From: Podarcis melisellensis
Lineage: Eukaryota
NCBI GenBank assembly: GCA_964234715.1
Contig: OZ174280.1
DNA: 64,000 nt
Reading direction: 5' to 3' (one strand)
Below, piece after piece: positions 11,349 to 23,905 of this stretch. The stretch's first letter is position 1. Every line of letters begins with the position of its first letter. The translations under genes were made by a program, and so were the position numbers. The notes below the pieces were generated by a model, which was given only the letters and a program-made list of their open reading frames with translations, was not told the DNA's origin and made no database searches.

Positions 11349-14335
11349 CCTTAGGAGAGAGTTTCAATTTGTTCTCTTGCCTGCAAGATACTTTATTCAT
11401 GACTGCACCTTTTCTCTGCCCAGATTGTTTGCTGAAGTGCAAATTGCCGGTATTGGAAATTGGGAGTATTGTTTGTGTGTCTGACAATAGTAATGTGGGC
11501 CTCAGTTCTTCCCTAATTTTCATAGTTTTTTTTCAATGTTTGTGCTTTAATCCTAAAGTTGGGAGCATGGAGACTACTGTGCAGATGTACCCTGGCTTCA
11601 TGTCTATTAATTTAAAGCAGTTCCAAAGTGAATTGAGTATGGTTCCTGATTCAATCTCTTGGCATCTCCAATTATGAAGGTGTTCAGATAGCAGAACTGA
11701 GAAGGACCTTTGTGGAGGCCCCTGTAGAGAGAGTGTCAATCAGAGCAGATGGAGCTGGCCCACATGTACCAAAAGGTTTACTTGGCTTTGATAATCAGAG
11801 CTGGATTGAATGTTCGCATTTCTACTGCAAAAAATATCCCTCTGGTACCTGAAATATCTCCTGAAATCCCAGATTGCTTAGCTGTGTTTGCCCTTGTTCT
11901 GCTATTTCTTCCCAAATCAGGAGGAGTTTTTTCTCATGGCTTTTTGCATACAACATTATTCCAGAAACTGGAAGACATAATCAGCTTGGTAGCATCATGG
12001 TGATTACATATATGTGATATATGTAATTACATGATGCACATATGATATATGTGATTACATGTTACTACCACAAAACCAATTCCAATTGAGGGCAATGCTT
12101 CCTGCCCTCATTCTGAATGGACAAAATATTTTCACCCCTGTTTCCACTTCCTCAAAATTCACTGAAAGGTGAGGTGCTTTTCACAGCTGGCAAGTGTTCA
12201 GAAATGAAGCTTTCTCCCTGTGCTCTCCCTTAGTAAATAAATGTTATGCTGTATTGTGGAGCAAAACCTGTGTTTACACGCTTAATGACCCGGGCTGGTG
12301 CCTGGCTGGCCTGGCAGCCAGGAAGCTGGTGAGTGAGTGGTGCAAAGGTTTCAGCAAGATAAATCTGCTGGCAAGGCTCAGCACAGAGTAATTACTCCAG
12401 CAGACAGGTTCCTTAAATGTTGGGAGCAAATCCTGAGTCAGCAATTGGGCAAGGCCAGCAGGGCTCCTTTGGATTGCCCAGATCCCCTGATCCAGCTGGG
12501 CCATCAAGTTGCAGAATACCTTCCAGCTGCTGTGCAGAGAGGATCAGCCAGCAACTCTCTCTGTGGTGGTCCAGGGAGTAAGGTGCCAGGGCAATGCTGT
12601 CAGCTGTTTTGCTCTCAGCTGGCTGCTGACTTGCAAAAATGAGGCTTAATAGTTTACGTTGCATATTAGTCAATAGTAGTCAATCTGCTCTGGAAGGTGG
12701 GGGAACCCCTAGAACAAATTTAGGAGGGAGCAGAGGGGGAGAATGTTCCACAGCACTATGAGATATTGAGCTCATGGAACATCCTCCTTAGCACTGCATT
12801 GAATACAATGCCTAGGAAGCATCAAATGATGTCATGTAGAGTTTCAGAATTGGCTGCACAATGCAGCTATTACCCAGATTTCTTTCTGCCCTGGAACTGT
12901 ATGATCGAGATGGTGCTATATATTGGCCTCCTGCTGTTCTCATCTAGCAGTGAAGATCACTTGTGTGGTTTCCCTTTGGAAGCCTGATACCAGACCAAAA
13001 AAACTGGTCCATTGCTTACTGTTAGCTTTAACAATGCCCAACCACTGCCTAACAGATAATAAAAGCTTTCAGAGCCTTCAGGGCATGTGTGTAGCTCTAG
13101 ATCATTGTTCCTATGTTTTTATATTTTTATATTTGCATTTTGAAAACTGGCACCTGGAGTTTGCAAGTTTCATTGGAGATATTTGTATTCAAGGACGCTT
13201 GGAACACTATCCCTTAAAAAAAAAGTCTATTCAGTAACGTTAACTATGTATTGGTCGATTTGTTTGTTTAGGTTTAGCTGGGAACAGCCTTATCAGGGGT
13301 ATACTGCAGTTCTCCTGTTTCCCTCCCAATCTATTTTTCTTTTTAAAAAAAAATTCCCCAAAAATGTAATTTAGCATAAGGAGCTGACATAGAGCTGGTG
13401 TTCTGACCTATTTGGTAAAATGTGTCTAACAGCTGTTTCTTCTCCAAGCTTAAATACCGCCTTAAAATTTCAAGTCTCACTCCATAAATTAAAAATCTGC
13501 ACTTGAAAAGCTGTCTATTTGAATAATTAAGAAAGTGCAGTCTGGGAGAGTAAGTGAGCATAGTCTAGTAACTTGAACTTGCAGCTAGGAGCAAATTCCC
13601 CAAGGCTTATATTACTTGCTTGGCTGCTTCACTCACTTTGAGCTTTTGGATAAGTTACTGCATTTCTCTGCACACAGCTCCATATTTGTAAGATGAGAAC
13701 AATCCTGCCTCATCTGTGCGTTTGTGAAGGTGCTTTGAATGGAGTCGTGGTGGGGAGTCCTGGTATCTGCACCGTATTAGTACTATTCTCTTCATACTAC
13801 ACAGGCTTATCTAATATTAATACTTTTTTATTCTATATAAGAAAGAGCATTTAGTATTTGTGGATTGTTTGAAGCTGAGGCTCACAGTCATGAAATAAAA
13901 CCAGTTACTTAGAGCAGGGAAGTTCGCCTTCGCAGAAAAAGCAAAGCTAAGAGGTTTAAGGAAGAGCAGCATAGGTCCTGTTCAGTTAATTTTGGGGAAA
14001 GATTTGTGTTCAGGGAAAGAGCAAGCATGGTAACTATTAAAATGTGGCAGAGGAAGGAAAAGGAAGACAAGCGTCATACAGTGAAAATATATATTGTTGT
14101 AAACTCACTCTTAAAATGATATAATTAACTCATTGGAATAGAACAAGTTGAGTTTATAGTTATATCATGGGTTAAAGTGAGGCTTGCATGTGCTGGGAAG
14201 CATGGGAACAGTGTGAAGGAATGGGACCTGCTACAAAACGTTGCAGCATATATTCACAACTTTCCCCCACCCACCCAAAAAACACCAGGAGAGAACTTCT
14301 GGTCAGGGTTTCAGTCAGCCATGTTTCTTCTGTAC

Positions 14336-14415
14336 CAGAGATGGGGAACTTGTGGCTTTCCAGAAGATATTGTTAGATTCCAGTTCCAATCACCAGCATG
14401 GTCAGTGGTCAGGAA
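14336..14415. mobile_element. Degraded hAT MITE end
   Basis: cagagatggggaacttgtggctttccaga...ccagcatggtcagtggtcagga resembles common lizard hAT MITE termini. No second TIR seen. Confidence 0.45.
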
Positions 14416-15490
14416 TAAGTCTGCTGAGCCAGACCAAGGAGGATGTCATGAGCACCTTTGGAGAGTTCTGGCAGGAAGACAGGGCTGGAACCAAGCCTTG
14501 GGGACAGGGCCTTCTCCCAACTAGGGCAATATGCAGTTGCTGCTTCGACTTTGGCACTAGTTACCACACTCCACTGGGCTCCTAGACAGCTTCAGTGATG
14601 GATGGGTAGTGGGACATTTGCTTTCAGCCATGCTGACTGCCCGCCATCTTAAATTACTCAAAATCAATAGGTCTGTAGTTCTACCTGGACTATAGATTTC
14701 ATAGGTCTGTGGGGCTGAAGTAGACTTTGGGTAGCATAAAATGGTGGGCAGCCACCACTGAAAGGAGCAGAGCTTGGCTCCCATTCAAAAGCCGAATTGC
14801 CACCCAGCTCTGGAAAGCTTTTGTGGGAACTGACCAAGGGACCCTTCCTTCCTTATGTAGGATCACCATTGACTTCTACATTTGTTTTTGGCTATTTGCC
14901 TTGAAATGTTTATTAAGTTCTAATGTTTCACTTATTTTACTATAGCACAGCTTCATGGTTAGTCCATATGTAGAAATCCTATTGTAGTGGTATATACAAT
15001 GTAAGGCACATTTACTATATACAGTCCACCAAGGCTATTTCATTCAGGAAAAAATATATATCCTATTTTACCCTTTGGCCCAAAGGTTTCCTGGCCGGTA
15101 ACAAAAATCCGACGTTGCAAACACTTCCACAGCTATTCATCTCAACAAGTACCATAGGTCTGAGAAAATGCCTGGGATGCTTACTTTGCTGGTTTGTGGA
15201 CACATTGCAGAATTGAGGGTGGCATGTAGCCTTGCCTAAATTTGCCTAAAGCGTTAGGAGTGAAACATGTCTGGTTTTGGGGGAGGTGTCCGAAAACATG
15301 TTGGTTAAAAAATGAAAATACAGTAGAGTGTTGATAGTGGGCATGCTTACAATTATATACTCTGTTAAAAAGCATTTTCTTTTGATTTCAGTCACATTAA
15401 TGTTACTTTAAAGAAACAATTAACCTGTTATTTTAAAACATTCTTCTGATTATAATACCATTCATTCACCTTCTCTTTTTTAAAAAATAG

Positions 15491-15617
15491 TACTTGCTGA
15501 CAATCTGAAGTCCAACCCAGGAATTAAATGGCAGTACTTTAGTTCAGAAGAAGGCATTTTTACTGTGTTTCCAGCTCACAAATTTCGATGTAAGGGCAAT
15601 TACGAGCACCGCAGCAG
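15491..15617 (+). CDS. CACHD1: CACHD1 exon 5, VLADNLKSNPGIKWQYFSSEEGIFTVFPAHKFRCKGNYEHRSR
   Basis: aatag|TA acceptor, AG|gtatg donor, 127 nt. alpha2delta-like WQYFSS motif. Confidence 0.96.
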
Positions 15618-16120
15618 GTATGGTTTTACTGATTTTTTTTATTTTTTAAAAACAAAATCTGAACAGAAAATATATCATGGGTGATTTTATTTGATATATA
15701 ATTTGTAGGCTGCCCTCCATTATGAATGTTTTATCAGTAAGGATGGTAATATAATAATCTGACCATACCCTGTGAACTTTTAATACACTCAAACAGGCGT
15801 GATGAAAATATGGATTTTAAGTTGGTTTCAGCATAGCGTGATTACTGCCTCCGGTCCTCAAACTCTAGCTCAACAGACATTCAGTGTGCCAGTGCTCAGC
15901 TGATTGCAGCTCTACAGTGGAACTGAAGATTTCAAATAGGGTGACACATGCTGGTTGTTCGTGAAACAATCATATGGCTATTTCACAGTGAGCTAAACAG
16001 TTTACTGGTATACTTAATCCCGATTGCCAGCATGATAATTCAGTCTTTTTAACCATTCCCCATTAACATCTTCACTTAAAAAATAAAAATAAAAATCTCA
16101 CTCTAAAATATTAACAGAGC

Positions 16121-16162
16121 TTTCTCCAAGAAGTATTAAAATTTCTCCAAGAAGTATTAAAA
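16121..16162. repeat. Perfect 21-bp tandem duplication
   Basis: TTTCTCCAAGAAGTATTAAAA x2. Confidence 0.9.
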
Positions 16163-17989
16163 TCAAGAAGGCTGAAAGAGCTTTCCAGAAAGGATGGTTA
16201 TCTTCTTGCTACACACAACACTCACATACTTTGAAATTGCTTTATAGCAGAAGCTTAATAGGCTGCTGCCAAACCAGAAAGGTGTGGCAAGTAAAGTTCC
16301 ATTATTCAATTAAGTTGAATGAGTGAGGAAGTATTCAATTGCAAATGCTGGAAGGGACTGAAGACAATTTCTAGATTAAGAAGTCTGTCAGCAGTCAAAT
16401 GCTGTGATCCAGCAAAAGCTATCTACGTGCAGAAACAGGTTCCTTGTGTTCCATGTGCAAGGATGTAAGAGAAGTTTATTGGGAAGAAAAGTAACCAATA
16501 CGAACATAAGAATGAAGCTGGATCAAGCCAAGTGGCCCGTCTAGACCCTGCACTTTTCTTCCGGCTCAGTGTTCTTGCCATGGTTACAAACTTCATTTGA
16601 CGTTACAGTGGTTTTAAAATTTGCCTCTTTTATTGCTTTACCACATGAATTCTGGGAATTGTAGTTCTACGAGAATACAAATTACCTCTTAGATAGGTTT
16701 GTCCCATTAATAGAAAGGTAATTTTCAGAGCTGCTTCAGAAGTATCAGTGATTAAACAAGGCATGAATTTGTGGCATTTTTATTCCACTCATTTGAATGG
16801 ATGTTTGTCAGCATTTCCTTTGCATGTAAGCTTTGCATGTCCACTGTGTGTTTTAAAGATCCTAGATGTTAATACTGTACCAGTGTATGGCTGTAGGTTG
16901 TTTTAATATTAAGAGCTGATGATGCCAACAAGTATAATCTTATGCTTGTAGAATATTTTCCTGAATTCCTTTTTCCTGTAATAAGAATTATCTGGGAGTC
17001 TTTGATATAGTAATATTTAGACACAAAGATCTTTTGTTTATGCCAGAGAGTCTTTGGTCTTGACAAATTGAGAGGTGGAACAGGGTGTGTATGTTCCTGT
17101 TTTGTCTTTTTAATTTCCTTTGTCGGGATTCCTTTGTCAAGATTTTCAAACCTCAGTGGAAAAAACAACAACTTTGTTTTAGTCAAACCCTTCTCAACAT
17201 GCAGATACTCTGCTCCCTTAATAGACCTGACAAAGACTTCCTTTTAATAGTATGCAAAGATAAGAAAGTCTTGCAGATTATTGACCTTTATGAATGAATT
17301 ACATTCTAGGGCATTAATAGGAAAGACTATCATGGCAAGAGACTTTGTCTGATGATCATAAACCCAAGACTAATGCACTAATGCAATTTTACACAGTTTG
17401 CCTTTTTCCCTACATGCTAGCTATTCTGTGCTGTAATAATTTCTCCAGCTGCTTAGCAGTCATTGCATCATCTGATATAGATGTAAACCGGTCCAGACCT
17501 CATGCTTTCAGTGCAAAACAGGGATTCTTTGTTGAAACAAGTTCTGCATGATGTAAACATCATAATTGGTTGGACTATTACTAAATGATGGATTTAAAAT
17601 TGGATACCTAAGGCTTACTCAGATAACCCAGTATAATTTTTCCTGTTGCATTTGAGAATTAGACTTGCACACACTGTTTGTGTACCATTCACACAGTTGC
17701 ACAGCAGACTCTCTGGGGAAGCTAATTCACTTTTAATGCTTGAAATCTTTATCATGCTTTGTCCTCTCAAAAGTCTCATCAGGTAAGGTCACTGTTATTC
17801 CAGTGTTTATAAATATTTGGAGAGAATTTTGCCCAAGGCTGCCAAACTAGTCAGCCGCTAAACTGGGATTTGCTCAACCAAAAATAAGCACATGAAAGAA
17901 GTAAAGATAGCATCCGTATCAGCTCTCAAAACATGTTCCAATCATTGTCTAAGAGCTCTTTAATATGGTGCCTTTTGCAGTTCTTTGCA

Positions 17990-18227
17990 CAGTGTGATGT
18001 AGTGATTAGAATGTTGGGACTAGAACCTGGGAAACCAGGATTCAAATCCTCACTTGGCCATGAAGTTCACTTAGGTGACCTTTGGCCAGTCACTGCCTCT
18101 CAGCCTAACTTACCTCACAGGGTTGTTGTGTGGATTAAATGAGGAAAGGAAGAACCATGTACACCACCTTGAGAGCTCCTTGTGGGGAGGGGGAAGGTGG
18201 GGTGTAAATGCAATAAATATATAAATA
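17990..18227 (+). mobile_element. tRNA-derived SINE (Squam3/MIR-like, L2-type tail)
   Basis: A box-like tgatgtagtgattaga, B box-like ggattcaaatcc, core ggccagtcac...cctcacagggttgttgtg, AT-rich tail. Confidence 0.8.
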
Positions 18228-18318
18228 TTTACAATACCAAGGAGTGCCTTCCAATGCCTTCTCCTTCAGTTTTGTTCAAAGTTTCTGTGCAGCTTCCTGA
18301 CTTCTTTTTCAATTTCAG

Positions 18319-18463
18319 GCCTGTCTACGTCTCTACAGTTAGACCTCAGTCTAAACACATAGTTGTCATTGTGGACCACGGGGCTTCCGTTACAGAGACG
18401 CAACTCCAAATTGCTAAGGATGCATCCCAAGTTATTCTCAACTCAATAGATGAACATGATAAA
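18319..18463 (+). CDS. CACHD1: CACHD1 exon 6, start of VWA domain with variant MIDAS (DHGAS)
   Basis: tttcag|G acceptor, AAA|gtaag donor, 145 nt. PVYVSTVRPQSKHIVVIVDHGASVTETQLQIAKDASQVILNSIDEHDK. Confidence 0.97.
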
Positions 18464-19356
18464 GTAAGTTAACTCTTGCAAGCTAAGTGACATGTTATGG
18501 TTTTAAATATTCATTTTTGTTTGGGGGGGGGGGAGCCTCCAAGGCCCAGTGTGTCAGTACTGCACTTCCTCCAGTCATAGTTTTAGGCAGGCTTAGAGTG
18601 CCCCTAAAGCCTGGTGCTGGTGCACCCCAGTTTTCTAGCTTTGAAGAAATTCAGGCTTTTTTTTTCTCTCCGTGTGATTCTTGGCTTCAATTGTGCTCTG
18701 ATCATCTGAAGCCCAGCATTTTTGCAGGAGAAGAAGAGGATGAGCATGGGGCAACTATTGTACATATAATACACTGCTTCTCAAGTGATCCGTGCAATGG
18801 AACATGGATGTTTGCTGTGGTTTGCAAATTTGGGGACCTCAGCTGGCAATATATTGTGGAAGGATGGGGGGGTGGGGAGAGATGAGTCTTCAGTAAAACT
18901 TCCTTCTGTGGCTGCTTCAAATGTGGTAGTTCCCACACAGGTTATTCAGAAGACTCATAAACGTGATTTTGTTAGGACCTTAGCCCTTCCTGTTGTCTCA
19001 TACATGGCTATAACATCCCTTTCTCCTTCAAATCCTATGCTGGTGTAGCCCTAATGCCCATTACTGGTAGTCTAGAAACTCAGCAGCTTTACGTATGGGC
19101 AGAAACTGCAAGGTTTACCTATGAGTAGAGACTGACATAATTCCTTCGCAAAACAAAGGCCAAAATCTCTCTCACACACAAGTCTAACCCTTTTCAGGTT
19201 TGACAGATTTATACCTCAAGTGTTCTTTTCTTAGACAATTGAATCTTAAACCCACATAGACTTTTCTGTTGGCTTATCATGGGGTGTGCTATAATACGGC
19301 ACATAAAGAATTCTAAACGGTAGGGTAATCCAATATATGTATTTCTCTCTCTTAAG

Positions 19357-19573
19357 ATCTCTGTGTTAACCGTGGCAGACACAGTGAGAACCTGTTCCTT
19401 GGATCAGTGCTATAAGACATTTCTGTCTCCTGCCACCAGTGAGACAAAAAGGAAAATGTCCACCTTCGTTAGTAATATAAAGTCATCTGACAGCCCTACC
19501 CAGCATGCGGCAGGATTTCAAAAAGCGTTTCAGCTGATACGAAATACAAACAATAGCACGAAACTCCAAGCAA
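19357..19573 (+). CDS. CACHD1: CACHD1 exon 7 (VWA)
   Basis: cttaag|ATC acceptor, A|gtaag donor, 217 nt. ISVLTVADTVRTCSLDQCYKTFLSPATSETKRK...KLQA. Confidence 0.97.
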
Positions 19574-20706
19574 GTAAGTCTATTATTATGCAGTATTAAT
19601 GGGGTTCCCCCCTTACCCTTGCATCTTTCTTTCTTGCATTTCCTTTTTTATTTTACTATCTCCTTTTAGCAGGGGTTATAGAGGGTTGTAACATTTTGAA
19701 GTACTAGTTTTTATTTTTATTTTACCTGAAATGACAGTGTTTGTTTTTAAATGAATGTGGTGCACAGAAGCCAAAAGAAGGTGTTGTTGCATCTTTGTCT
19801 TCATCTCTACCAATTTTACTTTCCTCACATGCCTTAGTAACTGCAAGGCCATGTTAGCTAGATGTTCCGCACAGAATCATCTCATGGGGCAAATAAGGTG
19901 ATTCGTTTGTGAATCCAACTAATGTCTGAACTGCTATAAGTGAGTTTTCATCCACTGGTGCAGAATGGCCCAGATAATGAAATATATGTAGTTCCAATTT
20001 GAAACTTAGCAAATTTGGGCTTCACCAGTATGTAGTCCTGAGGCCTAGGGTGTTATGTGCTGTAGGTAAGATAAAGGTAGCACACTGTCTGCCACAAGTC
20101 AAGTAACTAACCTCAGACAAAAGGTTTTTTTGTATCCAAACAAAACAAAACAAAACAAAATGCATTTCATTCCCAAGATAAATTTTAGTTTAGTAAAAAC
20201 AAGGGCTGAGAATTTCACTTGTGTCAGCGCATACTCAGACTCTGTCCTGGTGTCTGTGCACAAAACCAGGCCTCAGCATTGAAATAAGTGAAGAATGTGG
20301 GAGATTTTACAGTTGAATACATGAAAATGCTCCTGAGCAGATGCAGGGTTTGCTACCATGGAGCCACTGCAGAGCAGAAAGAAGGTGCCCTCTCCAGGCA
20401 GTCTTGACCCCTGACAGTTTACTGAAGGAATCGAGTACCATTTGTGTGCAGCAGCTGCTGAAAAGCAAGCACCTTGCACTGTTCCAGCTCCAACAGCATG
20501 TGCTGAGGGCAGTTGTACAACTACCAGTTTGATCTCTGCATGGGTTGATTTTGAGCATGCCATCGCAGTCTAATCCGATAAAGTTGTTGTGACCTGCTTG
20601 AAGCTCAGAATTTGTTACATCCTGATGGCAGCAAGTCTCTCACAAACCTTCTATCGAACATTTGCTGTCTACACAGTCCTGTATATACATAATAGTATAC
20701 ACGAGT

Positions 20707-21072
20707 GGGGATGCGGGTGGCGCTGTGGGTTAAACCACAGAGCCTAGGACTTGCTGATCAGAAGGTTGGCGGTTCGAATCCCCGTGACGGGGTGAGCTCC
20801 CGTTGCTTGGTCCCTGCAACTGCCAACCTAGCTGTTTGAAAGCACGTCAAAGTGCAAGTAGATAAATAGGGACCGCTCTGGCGGGAAGGTAAATGTCGTT
20901 TCCGTGCGCTGCTCTGGTTTGCCAGAAGCGGCTTAGTCATGCTGGCCACATGACCCGGAAGCTGTCTGTGGACAAACGGCAGCTCCCTCGGCCTATAGAG
21001 CGAGATGAGCACGCAACCCCAGAGTCGGTCACGAATGGACCTAATGGTCAGGGTTCCCTTTACCTTTACCTT
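20707..21072 (+). mobile_element. Sauria SINE (Squam1-type), full length
   Basis: ggggatgcgggtggcgctgtggg head, B box ggttcgaatcc, (ACCTTT)n tail, 11-bp TSD TATACACGAGT. Confidence 0.93.
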
Positions 21073-21185
21073 TATACACGAGTAAACGATCCAGTTTGAA
21101 AAGACGAAAAATAAGATGGCAGGAATTCAAAACCTCCATATTTATAGTTATAAGTGCTAAACAAGAGTATGTAGAGTACATAATA

Positions 21186-21370
21186 CAGTGGTACCTCTGG
21201 ATACGCATACCTGGTTGTCTATCCTTCGGGTTACGCATGCAGCAAACCCAGAAGTATTTTTCTGGGTTTCGGCTGCATGCATGCGCAGAATAGGCATCTC
21301 CGGTTGCTAATTCCTCGGGATCCGACCGGAGCTCTAGAATGGATCCCGTGAGCAACCGGAGGTACCACTG
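21186..21370. mobile_element. Tigger/pogo-like MITE
   Basis: TA-CAGTGGTACCTC...GAGGTACCACTG-TA, with internal palindromes. Confidence 0.88.
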
Positions 21371-23280
21371 TAGTTACTGAAGCGTCAAACTCCCTAACTG
21401 GTGGGGTATAAAGTATGAGCACAATACTTAGATCTATATAAACTCCTTGCAATTCAGACAGATAAAGACAAATTGGGCAGGTGGCACCCAATAATGAACT
21501 TTTATTTGGTTCTGTTTCAGTGTTCAGGGTTTCGACGCTGTTTTACAGTTTCAGCTTTATTTTCGTAGTTCGTTGTAATTTTTTCCTTGTCTCAAAAACA
21601 GGCATGGTTTTTCTATTCCTGTGGGAAACCCTTTTTTTCAAAAACAGCTTCGTGTATCACTTTTGTTCCTTTCTAAAATAGGCACTGGGAGCGTATGGTA
21701 GCCTTTAAAGCTGAGGTATTGTATATTGTGCACAAACAACAGCATGGAGGGGCCATACCACTCCATAATTTCAGAAATAGGACGTGCAAAGTACTTCCAT
21801 TTCCTTGTAAACAATCCTCTTGCTTGTTTTCATTTCCAGCAGAAAAAAAAAATATTATTCTGGTGTGTTGTGAGGTTTTTAACTTCCTGCTCTCCCAGCA
21901 GGCTCTGCATGCATGTCAAATAAGCCACACGGTATTTTTATTTATTTTTTTAAATGGAGATTTGAAATGCACATTACTGAGGCATATCTGGTTTGAGAGA
22001 TAAGAATGATACTGAAAAGATGGGTGTTTGCATACCTTTCAGCTAGTCTCCAAAAGAGCAGTGGCCACCTCTAATTAATTTACATTCTTACAGTTCTTTC
22101 ATTCCAGAGGGTTTCACAACACTTTCATAAATGATAAATCCTTACAAAGCTGTTACTGCAATTCAGTAACCTAGGATAAAAACAGAAAATAAGTGTCAAT
22201 AGTCAGATGGAATACAATGGAAAATATATGGCCAAGGGTTTAAAAACACTTGAGTACCTTGCACTGCAATTTGTTTAAGTATGCAATAGAAAAGTAAGAT
22301 CCTAAAATTGTAAGGAAGAACAGTAGCTTGGGCTATAGAACGGCAAAATAAATTAGGTTACTGCTACGACCTCTTTAACAGTAGAAGAATGATGTTATGA
22401 ACAAGTGAGTGGTATCAATAATATTCCCCACACTCAGTGTTTTCCAGGCACTGCCTGGCCCACTGAATAATGCAATTCTGTAAACTACTGTCTGCCTGTT
22501 GATTTGGAAACAAACCTCAGTAATATTCTGCTTCTGCTGGATGGCAAATTGCATTTTCTACTTCATCTGCCATTCTTCCAGTAGCCCAAAATGGTTGGGG
22601 ATGCGGTTAGTTTGGAAGTGCTACATTAAGAGTGATGATACAGAAAACCAGCTTTCATTTCTCCTTATATTTCCTACTTCCTTCATCCAAAGTGCCAAAC
22701 TAGATGTGTGTTATGTTTGTTATGCCTATTTACCTAGTAAACATAGATGGGAGTCTGCTTTTGGGGGGGGAGGGGGTGTCAAAATGTGTACCTTACGTGG
22801 CTATGCTCAGATGCTTTCAGCCTCGTCCAGTTCCAATATTGAAAGGGGTGAAATAAGATCCTATAGGTTGGATCCAGTGTATTTACTCAGGTCCATTAAT
22901 TTCATTTCGTCTACTCTGTATACAATCCTATATGTTGTTGCAAATTTAGGAATAAAATATTGTAGCCTCCTGGCCAACATGCACGCATTGCCATCCCCTC
23001 CAAGATGTACACCACACACAACCAGTCTCCCAAATAGCACAAAGCAATGTTATTGTGTTTGGATTAAAGGTTTCTTTTATGTTAGATTCTGGCTTGAAAG
23101 CTCTGTAGGATGCAGTAGAGCTTCTCCTGCCCAATCTACCCACTACCCATTATTGCAGTGGTGGTTTTTATATTTTCATTTACTGCAAAGAGTCTTGATG
23201 CTGGGAATCCAATGTTGCAGATACATAGCATAATGTAACATGTTTTGTAGTCTAACAAGCTCCCATCTTACATATCTCAG

Positions 23281-23430
23281 ATACAGATATGGTCATAATT
23301 TACTTGTCGGCTGGAATAACGTCTAGGGATTCATCAGAAGATGGTAAAAAGACCACACTTCGTGTCATCAATGAAGAAAATGGTTTTCTTAACAACTCTG
23401 TAATGATCCTCACCTATGCTCTCATGAATG
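23281..23430 (+). CDS. CACHD1: CACHD1 exon 8 (VWA)
   Basis: ctcag|AT acceptor, G|gtaag donor, 150 nt. TDMVIIYLSAGITSRDSSEDGKKTTLRVINEENGFLNNSVMILTYALMN. Confidence 0.96.
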
Positions 23431-23671
23431 GTAAGAAGTTACCTTTTTAAAAAGAAAAGAGAAATTAAACTTCTAAGGTTCTTTGGGCTTTGATATGGTC
23501 AATGGTCAGAGATGATAGGAACTGAAGTCCAACAACCCATTGTGTGGGTAATGGGATGCCTTTTCCACTGTTTATAAATATTTCCACATTTGTGCATATG
23601 TGATATTTCTGAATTGCTTAATAAGCTGGAGACTTTCATCTTCTCATCTGACTGTAACATTTCTTTTGCAG

Positions 23672-23905
23672 AGGGAGTGACAGGTTTAAAAGAATTAGCA
23701 TTTCTCCGAGATCTGGCAGAACAAAACTCGGCAAAATATGGAGTACCTGATCGAACTGCTTTACCCGTGATAAAAGGGAGCATGATGGTTCTGAACCAGC
23801 TGAGCAATTTGGAAACCACAGTTGGCCGGTTTTATACAAATCTCCCAAACCACATGGTTGATGAAGCAGTGTTCAGTTTGCCCTTTTCAGATGAAATGGG
23901 AGATG
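23672..23905 (+). CDS. CACHD1: CACHD1 exon 9
   Basis: ttgcag|AG acceptor, G|gtgag donor, 234 nt. GVTGLKELAFLRDLAEQNS...FSLPFSDEMGD. Confidence 0.97.

Noticed and set aside
12270-12790. GC-richer block with overlapping ORFs
   Set aside because: No recognisable protein or exon boundaries. Possibly a decayed LINE, but I could not classify it.
20707-20790. tRNA gene suggested by A/B boxes (also 58277, 61955 and 17990)
   Set aside because: These are SINE heads continuing into SINE bodies and tails, and I see no complete cloverleaf.
22499-23233. Longest ORF in the track (244 aa)
   Set aside because: Non-ATG start, intronic, no recognisable domain and includes a G-run. Most likely a chance ORF.
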